Shown here piece by piece: positions 53,230-64,000 of a stretch of 64,000 nt of DNA. The stretch's first letter is position 1, and each line of letters opens with the position of its first letter. Under the pieces are notes generated by a model. It made no database searches. It saw only the letters and a program-made list of their open reading frames with translations, and had not been told where the DNA came from. Origin of the DNA: Somniosus microcephalus (taxonomy: Eukaryota); NCBI GenBank assembly GCA_052327205.1, contig CM126223.1:37076001-37140000 (forward strand), written 5' to 3'. A program made the position numbers and the translations under genes.

Positions 53230-53925
53230 TACTACTGAAAAAGATCGGAGGAGAGTTGGGCTGCTCACTTTTGTTCTTGGTACATATAGATGATTTGGAC
53301 TTCGGCAGAGCGAGCACAATCGCGAAATTTGGTGATTTCAAGACAAAAGGGGGGTTGACAACCAACGGAAACTATAAAAGACTTGAGAAAGACTTAAGAC
53401 AGTTTAGTGGAATGGATAGATAAATGCCAGATGCAATTTAATGTGGATATGTGTAAGGTAATACATTTTGGGAGTAAAAACAGGAATGCGAGCATACACT
53501 CAATGGATAAGCAACAAGACTAAGGGACTCAATTACATGATACTCTAAAAGTGCGACTGCAGTTAGCAAAAGAGATGAAAAGAAAGCCAATAGCAATAAG
53601 AAAAAAATAGGGGCACAGAGAGAAAAGACGTCATGATAAATTTGCACAAAACTTGGGAAATGTTGCGGTTATAGTACACTGTGTAGTTCTGGTGCAATCA
53701 ATTATAAAAAAGGACATTAGAGCCATGAAGATCTCACAGTGTTGATTCACCAGGATTATGCCGGGGATAGGAAACTGTAGTTATTAAGATATACTTAAGA
53801 AGGCTCAGAGGAGATTTAATAGAGGTTTTTAAATTATGAAGTGCTTTGACAGGGTGACGAGTGAAAGCCTATTTCTTCTGGTTGGCGATTTAGCAACGAG
53901 GTGGTCATCAATTTAAAATTATCGT
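53230..53925 (+). mobile_element. Old CR1 fragment
   Basis: Degenerate ...cagatgcaatttaatgtggatatgtgtaaggtaatacattttgg and ...gaggagatttaatagaggtttttaaattatg. Confidence 0.7.
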
Positions 53926-56900
53926 TCAGACTCGTATGTGAATAATGGTGATTTGGTTGCTGCCACTCAGGGAACTATACTTCAGCAAGGAGTTAACCAT
54001 CTTGGGGGAGGAGAAGGGATGAGATTGGCAGAGAAAATTAATGAAAGAAAAAAAACCTCCAAAATATCCTACATGGCGCTCCTCAATTCAGTACTCAGTC
54101 AAACTGAAATGCTAACACATTCAGGGTGCTAGCTCAATCAATGTGCGTGATTTTTATGATCATACCACAAGTATTTGAGAGCCAGTCTGTCAACATAAAA
54201 AATGATAAACATACTTTCCTTCACAGGCTCTTCAGTAATAAAAGTGCAAATACCTCACATACTTCAGGCCACAAAGGTCAGATCTCAGCTTCAGCCAACA
54301 AAAACTAACAAGTCTGTCCCATCTTGCTGCTCAATGAAAGCCCTACATTGATGACTAGATTAATAATTCACTTTTACCAATTACTATGTTAAAACAAGCA
54401 AGACTAGAATTTTGTTCCAGCTCCAAATTCTCATGCGCCCTGTTTTCCCATGCCCAGTTCTATCAAACTGGTTAAGTGTGTCTCGCCAGCCAACTAATGT
54501 GATTGCAGTCAGAGCAGAGATAAACTTGGCCACTGTCCGAATGAGAGATTTTCCATGTGCTTTGTTGATGTGCCATAGCCAAAACAACTCGGCTCGGAAA
54601 ACCATATTTGCAGAATGCCAAGGCCATTTCTTGGCGGGGAAGGGAAATCAACAGGAAAGGATTTTGTTCCCACTAAACTGTCACTCTTCACCCAGTAATC
54701 TAGCGTGGTCAACTCCAACAACAAACACTAATCTACATAGTCAATAGACTTGGTTGCACGTCTCACTTTCTATGGCCGAAGAAGAGTATGTATACTCCCA
54801 GTGATGGGCCAACGTTAGTGATTCTAGGATACCCAGCTTCTGTATGACATTATTATATTATCATTGCTATTTTGGAAGAACGTTTCACTATAGTTCCATG
54901 CCCAAAATAACATAGGAGACTGGTAGATAGCATTCATATCCAGTCCTTATTGATGGGCTGAAAGTCTCCTCACATTAAAGGCACAAGAGTCCTGTGTGAA
55001 ATTAGTTTGGATAGTCTCAACCCAGTTTCCTAGTGGTCCACATTACAAGACTGCCCACAATGGACCACAAATTGACAAACTCACTCAGAGACCATAAGGA
55101 CGATTAGTGCTGGAAATGACAAGATTCTTATTGGCTGCAGTGCTGGAAGGGTGGCGATCTGGCTCATACCTCATAGGAAAAGTGCAACTCCGTTAATTGG
55201 TATGGGAGCTGACTTTTTAACCTGGCTGAAGAGTGGCCTGGACTTGTGCAAGCTGGGCGAAGCCCATACCTGCAGCAGGCACTAGCTTCTCCTGCTTCCA
55301 GATCAGTCTCCAGTCTTGTCCAAAGTAACGGCTCCAAAACAAGGTCAATGAAGCCACCCAAGACTGGACGAGTTACACTGTATACATCAGTGCAGTCGCT
55401 CTGGAAGCTGGTGGAGACTTGAATTGGTGGGTCGCTGCGACAGGCAAAATACACCAATCTCCCAAGAGTTGGGCGATATCTTCAAACTATCTCAATAATA
55501 CAGATGTGGACCATTCTGTAGAGAAAGTAACCTCACCCCGCCATGAGCATCTCCTTCCTTGTTAAGGAGGCAGCAGAAGAGGGGAGAAGACATTGTGAAA
55601 ATCACATCAAAATAGCTATGAAACTTCTCAAGCAATAGCGAGCAAGCTTGCTCTACACTGCACAGCTTATAAAGCGAAACTGGGATCAGCAGATAATTAA
55701 AAGCACGTTAAAGCTCCTTTTGTTTTTCTAGTTGGAAGCAGCACGATGTGTACATTGCATTGAGATGGAATGAAATTTTTTTGCCGTTTAACTGCAGGAA
55801 GAAAAATAAACTGGTCAGACTGCTACTTTTTCAATGTTGGGTAAACAATGGGGGAAAAATGTTTAGATTCCTGGCCCGGCTTTAGATCAAATACAAGGAT
55901 CTGACATTAAATCTTCAATTGACCGCACCAACGGGGTGTGCCATTTCATAACAAGAATCTAAGGAATGAAAAGTCTGTTCCGCTGTGGTGTGAAATACCT
56001 CCGGTGTTTAAATACTGCGCTGCAGGATGCGGCTGCAAACCAGGCTCCGTATCAAATAAGTACTTCAGTGGGTTGTTGGCAACGTCTCAACTTTGATTTC
56101 TGCAAATATTAGCACTCTACAGCAGACAGCGTTCTGTAACTTCTCATTTCAGCGCCAATACTCACCCTTACTACAGTCACACGTATCTTTGTTTTAAAAG
56201 GCCTACATACAAGTGCAGGTTTGTTCCCCGCCATATCCTCTGGAGGCATCATTACCGATTGTTAGTCAAAAAAAAAATGCCTTATTTGTGTGAATATAAA
56301 GTGCTGCTTGTACTGTATTACATAATAGTTGTGATATCACTTTCTCCACACTCAGGTACTGGGGTCACATAACCAAGTTGTACTTCACTGCAGGATGGAT
56401 CTCTTCACTGACTAAGCTACATATAAGTGGCCCAAATTAGAATTTCTGTGCCAGGCTGTCTGAATACAACATGATGCAAATTGCCCATTTTAAAACGCTA
56501 AAAAGCAACTCAAAAAGCTGATGACATGGCTGTTTCCAAATCACACCACCGTACATACTATTTGGAACTACAGAATACTGCTATAAACAGGAGCTAGAAG
56601 TAAAGTATTCATGCCAGTATCTGTATTAGGCAGGTTTACACTAAAAGTTTCATACCAGAATGACCTCACTATTGCTTTCCAACAGTTAATGGTTTTATGA
56701 GGTTTAGGATTCTTGCTTACTGAAGGGAGCATTGTACAAGCGATATTGGAATCTCTATAAACATTTATTTTGAAATATACACAGATATACACTGAAATAT
56801 TATGACTGCAAATTTGAGAAGCATGGTGGTGTACTACTTTGTTACATGTGCACACCATGTCACAGACTAAGAGGATGTGGATTTATGCCCATCAGCCTCT

Positions 56901-57376
56901 TCTTGACAAGTTCTTGAATCTTCCTATCTCAAATGGTGGGAGTGAGGAATAATTAAGCCATTCTTAGGCACCGCCTGGTTGGCACTTGATGATGATTATT
57001 AATATGTTGAGTGCTGCATAGCGCATGAGTAAGTCTTTAAATCAGACACAACATAAATAGAGAGGAAACAAACTGGGTGATCAGCATAATAATGACCGGC
57101 CTTAATCTTATTGCGGTCTTCGCCTGATTTTGCTCCTTTTTCGTACCTGAAAAAACGAAGGCCCTGAAATTCCATGCTTATTTGCGCCAATGAGCCTGAA
57201 GTTGCAAGCCCCGGTGGTCTACTGAGCTGAATCCTCCAGAATTTCACGGGTCAGTACTTTTACATATCCACTGGAGGATTTCCAGTGCTATTCCTGTGTA
57301 AAACAGGAGTAATGTGCTGGGTGCTTGGACCCATCACTACTGTGGCCACTCTGGTTCCATTAAGTCCCACTCAAAT

Positions 57377-57745
57377 CTAGGCTGGCATTGCAATGCAGTA
57401 CTGAAGGAGTGCTGCATTGTTGAAAGTGCCATCTTTCAGATGAGATGTTAAACTGAGGCTCCATTTGGTATGTGCAGGAGAACATAAAAGATCTGATGGC
57501 ACTTTTTCAAAAGAAGAGTAGGGACTTCTCCTGATGTCCTGGCCAGCATTCTTCCCCCAACCAAATGCACCCAAATAGATTAATGGGTCATTCGTCTTAT
57601 CGCTATTTGTCGGACCTTGCAGTGTGCCAACTGGCTGCTGTGTTTGCTAAAACCACAGCGAAAACACTTCAAAAGTAATTCATTGGCTCTGAAGAATGGG
57701 ATGTCCTGAGAAAGTAAAACATGCTATATAAATGCAAGTTCTTTA
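57377..57745 (+). mobile_element. DeuSINE body and tail (head missing)
   Basis: gcagtactgaaggagtgctgcattgttgaaagtgccatctttcagatgag...atgctatataaatgcaagtt. Confidence 0.75.
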
Positions 57746-57756
57746 TTTTTCTGTAG

Positions 57757-59503
57757 TACAATTTCTAAATTTGCAGATGACACAAAACTTGAAAGTGTAG
57801 TAAACAGTGAGGAAAATACTAATAGACTTCAAGAGGGCATAGACAGGCTGGTGGAATGGGCAGTCACATGGCAGATGAAATTCAACGCCGAAAAGTGGGA
57901 GGTGATACATTTTGATAGGAAGAATGAGGAGATACAATACAAACTAAATGGTACAATTTTATAGGGGGTGTAAGAACAGAGAGACCTGCGGTCTCTCTTT
58001 GAAGGTGACAGGGAAGGTTAACAAAGCAGTTAATAAAGCATATGGGGTTTATAAATAGAGTCAAAGGGCTGGATTTTGATACTGGAGGCGTGTAAGAGGC
58101 GGGACTACAACTTTTGGGGTTGTAGTCCCGCCTCCATCGAGTTGTGGCCAAACCACGCGATTTTCACTTGATTGACCTTGTTGAGCCCGCCCAGCAGGCC
58201 AATTAAGGGCCACCCAACAACAGGTGACGTCACAGATTGACATTTCACCTGTCAAGAGCTTTTGACAGATGAAATATCAGCGTTTGACAGCTGTTTGAAG
58301 CTGTCAAACACTGACAATCTGTACTCTAAGTTAATTCCTTCCTCTCAGGCTGATTTAGAGATCTCTCCAGAACAGAAAGCAGAGGCTGCAGCTTTTGACA
58401 GCTCGTGGCCATTCTGCTTTCTGTGCTGGTGAGATGAGGGACTCCCGAGACCTGAAGGAAGGAAGGCTGTAAAGCTAAGTAAAACTTATTTAAACACTTT
58501 ACAGACACCAAACACACTTACCGCTGCACTCATGCACCCATCACTCACCTGAACAATGGACATCTGGAACCCTCCAAGCCCTTCAGCCCGACGGTCCGCC
58601 TCGCTAACTTGGCGTGGTTTGGAGCCATCGGGAATCCCACACGTCCGGGATAAAAATAAGGATTAGGCTAAAAACTGCCTGTTAACTACCTGTTAACAGG
58701 CAGTTAATTGGCACTAATCCCCTTCTCGCCTCGGGGAGGCGGCTCCCAGCACAGGTCAGGTATCCGCCTCCTTTGAAACTGGCATGGAGGCGGGTTGGGG
58801 CGGGATGGGTTCGTGCCCCCCCGATTTCGCAATTTTAACCCCCCACACGCCTCCAATCCCGCCTCCACGGCCCAATGAAAATCCTGCCCATATAGTACAA
58901 AAGTTAGGAAGTTATGCTAAACCAATATAAAAAACACTAGTTCGGCCCCAGCTGGCATACTGTGTCCAATTCTGGGCACCACACTTTAGGAAGGACATGA
59001 AGGCTTTGGAGAGGGTACAGAAGAGATTTACTAGAATGGTTCCAGGGATAAGGGATTACAGTTATGTGGATAGACTGGAGAAGCTGGGGTTGTTCTCCTT
59101 AGGAGCAGAGAAGGTGAAGAGGAGATTAGATAGAGGTATTTTAAATCATGAAGGATTTGATAGAGTAAATAAAGAGGAACTGTTTCCAATGGCTGAAGGT
59201 TCGATAACCAGAGGACACAGATTTAAGGTGATTGACAAAAGAATGAGAAGTGACACGAGGTAAACCCTTTTTACGCAGCGAGTGGTTAGGATTTGGAATT
59301 CACTGCCTGATAGGGTGGTGGATATAGATTCAATTGTAGCCTTCAAAAGGTGAATTGGTCAATACTTGAAGGAGAAAAAATTGCAGGGACATGGAGAAAT
59401 AACGGGGGAGTGGGACTATCTGCATTTCTCTTCGAAAGAGCCGGCATGGACTCGTTGGGCCGCATGGCCTCCTTCTGTGCTGTACTACTGTATTCAATGA
59501 TTC
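57757..59503 (+). mobile_element. CR1 LINE fragment interrupted by a MITE at 58066-58889
   Basis: FADDTKL...; ORF KALERVQKRFTRMVPG; 3'UTR ggcctccttctgtgctgta. Confidence 0.9.
58066..58889. mobile_element. PIF/Harbinger-like MITE, family A copy 2
   Basis: gggctggatttt...aaaatcctgccc; the interior is homologous to 48214-49054; it splits a CR1. Confidence 0.8.
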
Positions 59504-62349
59504 AATTTATCAAAAAACAAACCATTATTTTCTTCCCATACGGTGGTGCATTTAGTCTTTCATGTGGGCACAGAAAAGCCGTGAAAGAATCAGAAATTTC
59601 CAGGCGAGGGGAAAGCCTAGTCAACAGGAAAAGAATATTCGTGATTAAAAGTGCTGACTGGATTTTATTTCTTTTTAATCGAAGAAAGAACTTGCATTTA
59701 TATAGCGCCTTTCACGATCTCAGGACATCCCAAAGTGCTTTACAGCCAATTTTGAAGTGTAGTCACTGTTGTAATTTAATAGAAAGATTTCTCCTGGCGA
59801 ACCTACTGTTACACTAAACTCCATTCCTAGCCCAATTTATAATTCAAGTATACATTCTATGATTCTATACTGCCCACCGCTTATTTCCACAAGTCATTCA
59901 TGACAACTACTGTCTGTTGTGTTACCGGAGGCTGGGTGTCTTCCCTCAAATGAGCTTGGGGGAGTGAGGAAGAGAAGGAAAGAGAAGAGGGACTTCATTT
60001 TTTTCCATCAATTTCTAGTAGCAAAGGTCCCAGCAGTAACAAGGGATATTTGTTGCACTATGTGGAATACTTTCATGATTCTGCAATGGAAAAGTGAACC
60101 AAGTGGAGTCTTTTAAAAAATTAAACGAGAATGGAGATGGCAAACTGATTGCAAAGGCAGTAGTAGAGTGCCTTGATGGTATTTTGCACAATGTAATCTT
60201 GTCCCTTCACCAAGCCCTTGGCGCCTTAATAAAAAATGGCTGCCGGTTTGAGTCATAGTCACCACAGAGCGTTCCCCATCCTTCTGGGAGCAAGTTCTCT
60301 GTTGGTGTGGGAGGGCAAGGATAACACTGACTTAACTAATCCACTGCAAGTGTGCCCACTGTTAGCCAATCATGTGGTGGCATTGGTACAGACATGGCAT
60401 AATACACCGCCCACATGAACCATCCCCCCAACTAAAGGAAGCACTGTAGTGCGGAATGACTCATGTCAGAGGGTATAAAGAGACAAGTGTAGGGAAACTT
60501 TTTTTTTTAACAAAAAGGTAGCCCCAAGTGTTTGCTTTCAGGATACAAAGATTTGAGCTTCTGAGAGGAGAGTAGTAAATCAATGCACTCTACAACTAAC
60601 CTCATACATAAGAACATTCATTAAGACAATCCCTAGAGAGCTGAAACTGCGTTTGCTGCTAGGATTTTGTTTTCTCTGGCTACTGATGCTTAGGGTGCTG
60701 CCAGCTACAATCAGAATGAAATAGAGATGTGATAAATGTTGGAAACAGTGTGGGATTTTAAGTTACAACTAAACTGTGATAAATCAATGAGCGACAATTT
60801 CTCCAACGTTGATTAATTTTGACTCCACCTCTGGTGTTTTGTGGAAAGTACTTTAGTCAAGGCTCCAGGAAAAACATTCTATCACAGCCAATGTGTCATT
60901 TTGAAAGGCAAGTACCAAATAAATCAGCCTCTGAATAGGTGGGTAAACTGGATTCCTGAATATTCACAGTGAACCTGAGCTTCAAAGCAGCCACATCAGT
61001 TACTGGAGCAGGGTAGAAAGGTAAAGTGTTACACAAGGCCTTGTGTATAAACAGTCAGTGCAGTGATGATTTAATCAGTGATCACACCTTCATGACTGCT
61101 GATCTTGCACAGCACAATAAGTTTTTTATTAAAAAGCTCTCGCTGCTCATGGGGAGACTAAATGTAGATTGGATGATCACTTTGCTGAACACTGTTCTGT
61201 ACCTGTGGCTCACCCTTTCACTCCCCCTCCCATTCCCATTCCAACCTCTCCATCTTTGGCCTCCTGCACGCTTCGAAGCCAACTCAATGCAAGCTTCACA
61301 AAGAGTATGCCATCTTTCCCCTAGGCACTCTGCAGCCCTATGGTCCTAGCTTATGGATGTAGCTTCAGACCTTAGCTACATCCCCCATTTTCTTTACAGC
61401 AGGGGTTGTTGAGGATGTGGGATGTGTTGTCCATATTTGGGGGAAAGGGAAGAAGGGTTGAAGTTTCAAATGTAACCTTTAATCAGAATGGAGTTCTGAG
61501 TGTGGAGGTGAGAGCAAGGTTTGCGCTAAGGACATAGGCCAGGTTCCCCCCCCCCCCCCCTTTTCAGGACTGGCAGACTTGCTATGTATTTCCAACATTT
61601 TATATTTTGATTTCAGACATTATGCACCTTCAGGGTTTCCACCCCTTGACTTCCCCCCCTTTTCTTGCCTTTTTGTTGTTGTTTTAATATCTTTTCAATA
61701 CCACACTGAGATAATCTTTTTTATCATCCACCAGTGTCCTACTTTTCTATTAAACAGTTTGCAGATCATTCAACCCATTAACTTCCTCTCTTTGATTGGG
61801 ATATCTTCCTCCTCTTCCCCCCACCCCCACCCCCCCAACCAATCCCTAAAAGGCTCGCTTATCTTTAGGATTCAGTTCCAACAGAGGGTTACACCTGCTA
61901 ATGTTAAACTCTCTTTTACAGATGTTGTTGGGAAGTTCCAAGATCGTCTGCTTGCGGTTCTTGTTCTTGTTTATTAAGCTTACGTCGGAGGTTGGCCATT
62001 GTAGGTATGCAACTAAATATTACATTTCCTATAGGGGAATTATTTTCTTGGTTTCAAAGGTTCTTCCTTGGCGATGAGGTAAAATACAACTTCAAAGGAG
62101 TTGTTTCTTACACCCTGGTTGTACTGGACTCTGAGAACCAGAGTGGCCCCATATCAGTCAAAATCAGTTTATTTATCAATCTACTTTATTTTTTTTTGTA
62201 AACGTCTGCCCTGTAATCCCAGTGCTCTGTGGGAAGGATGTGGTTTTAGTCAGATGGTTAGCAGGGATCAATCAGATGAGAGCCTGAACAAAGTAGCCAT
62301 GTTTGATCCCAAACCAGCCTCTCCATTGCTGGCCTTACTCTGTCGTGAG

Positions 62350-64000
62350 ATTGGAAAATAGGAACAGGAGTAGGCCCATTTAGCCCCTCGAGCCTGTTCC
62401 GCCATTCAATGAGATCATGTGACCTAACTCCACATACCCGTCATTGCCCCATATCCCTTAATACAGTTGGTTAACAAAAATCTATCAATCTCAGATTTAA
62501 AATTAATAATTGACCTAGCATCAACTGCCAATTGCAGAAGAAAGTTCCAAACTTCTACCACCCTTTGCGTGTAGTAGTGTTTTTTTAGCTTCACTCCTGA
62601 AAGGACTGGCTCTAATTTTTAGGCTATGTCCCATAGACCAAGGCTCCCGAACTAGCTAAAATAGTTTGGCCTAGAAATTCAGTGGGGTTAGCGCCCAATT
62701 AGAGGCGTTAGAGGGCCTTGCGCCGGAATTATAGCCGCGATCGAAATTGCGTTGGGCCCTACCATCGGCGTTAGCCGGTAGCGCTGCGCTGGCACCGATG
62801 ACGTCATCGGTGTGCGCAGCGTCCTGGTTGCCGTGGTAACGCGGCCGGACGCCCAAATTCAGTTGCGGCCGCCTCGCCCGTGGCAGCCGCAACCAACGAT
62901 TGTTCAACGGGATGTTGCAGCACGTAGCGCCGGCGCATTAAGGTGGAGCGGCGGCCGGCCGCTTTCCCGGCGGCCGCCTGCCCGCACCTCCCTCCCCGGA
63001 CCCCTCCAACCCCCCCCCCGCGGCACTGATGTGTGTGGCCCGCGAGCCCGGCACTTCTCCGAGGTGCCGGGCTCATTTGTCGGGCGAATCGACCGGTCAG
63101 CGGTCGGCTGCAGGCAGCTCCTCCTTAACAGAAGGAGGAGGCCTGCAGTACCCCAGCCTGCCGCACCGCATCGGGTGCCGCAGCGGGGGATTAGCGCCGC
63201 AAACCTGCATTCAGCGCCCATAGCGAGGCGCTGAAACCCTCCATTAGCGCCCGCAGCCGTCTGGGCGCGGGGCAGCTGAATTTTTGGCGGGTGCAGCGGC
63301 AATTATCGCGGGCGCAAAAGCCCTGGCGGAGGCAAACCTAATTTCTAGGCCTTTCTCTCTATCTACCCTATCAGTTCCCCTTAATATCTTGAAATCTTCT
63401 ATCAAATCATTCCTTAACTGCTTAAATTCCAGAGAAACAACCCTAGATTGTGTAATCTCTCCTCGTAATTTAACCCTTGGAGTCCAAGTCTCATTCTGGT
63501 AAATCGACACTGCACTCACTCCAAGGCCAATATATCCTTCCTAAGCTGTGGTGCCTAGAACTGAATACTCCAGGTGTGGTCTAACCAGGGCTTTGTACAG
63601 CTGTAACATAACTTCTACCCCCTAACCCTCTAGATATAAAGGTCAGCATTCCATTAGCCTTTTTGATTATTTTCTGTACCTGTCCATCACATTTTAATGA
63701 TCGATGTACATGGACTCCCAAGTCTCTTTGGACCGCCACGGTTTCTAGCTTTTCACCATTTAGAAAGTACTCTGATCTATTCTTTTTAGGCCCAAAGTGG
63801 ATGACCTCACACTTGCCTACATAGAAATCCATTTGCCACAGTTTTACCCATTCACTTAATCTATTAACATCTCTTTGTAATTTTATGCTTCCATCTACAC
63901 TGCTTACAATGCCGCCTCTCTTTGTGTCATTGGTAAACTTGGATATGTAGCTCTCTATCCCATCATCATTAATAAATACAGTGAATAGTTGAGGCTCCAA
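62350..64000 (-). mobile_element. CR1 LINE fragment interrupted by a MITE at 62668-63351
   Basis: ORF 63581-64000 (KCEVIHFG, QRDLGV); 3'UTR at about 62355-62420. Confidence 0.9.
62668..63351. mobile_element. CpG-rich PIF/Harbinger-like MITE
   Basis: TTT|ggcctagaaatt...aatttctaggcc|TTT: perfect 12-bp TIR and 3-bp TSD; the CR1 sequence is continuous once it is removed. Confidence 0.88.

Overview
This is vertebrate genomic DNA, most likely from a cartilaginous fish (inferred from the shark-type CR1/HER1 LINEs, tRNA-headed DeuSINEs and Penelope remnants). The whole window lies inside AUTS2 on the minus strand. Ten coding exons, equivalent to human exons 7-16 (numbering from recalled homology), can be read with canonical AG/GT ends and matching phases. 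They encode the PQ-rich region, the PPPY motif, the HQ/HT repeat and the conserved AUTS2/FBRS block. I did not find exons 6 or 17, which are presumably outside the window. The introns hold many CR1, L2 and Rex1-type LINE fragments, SINEs, a degenerate Gypsy element, Tc1/pogo-type and PIF/Harbinger-type MITEs, Penelope fragments, minisatellites and a 500-N gap. The most notable observations are: a candidate 57-nt poison exon (GCC TAA) just after exon 10; a 21-nt alternative donor on exon 9; an 8-copy TAATCC hairpin minisatellite; a foldback centred on a Penelope hammerhead-like core; structured MITEs carrying splice donors just upstream of exon 7; and a ~330-bp intronic segment copied into a CR1 tail 51 kb away. 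Repeat boundaries without a TSD or TIR are approximate. Most short ORFs in the track are spurious or repeat-derived.
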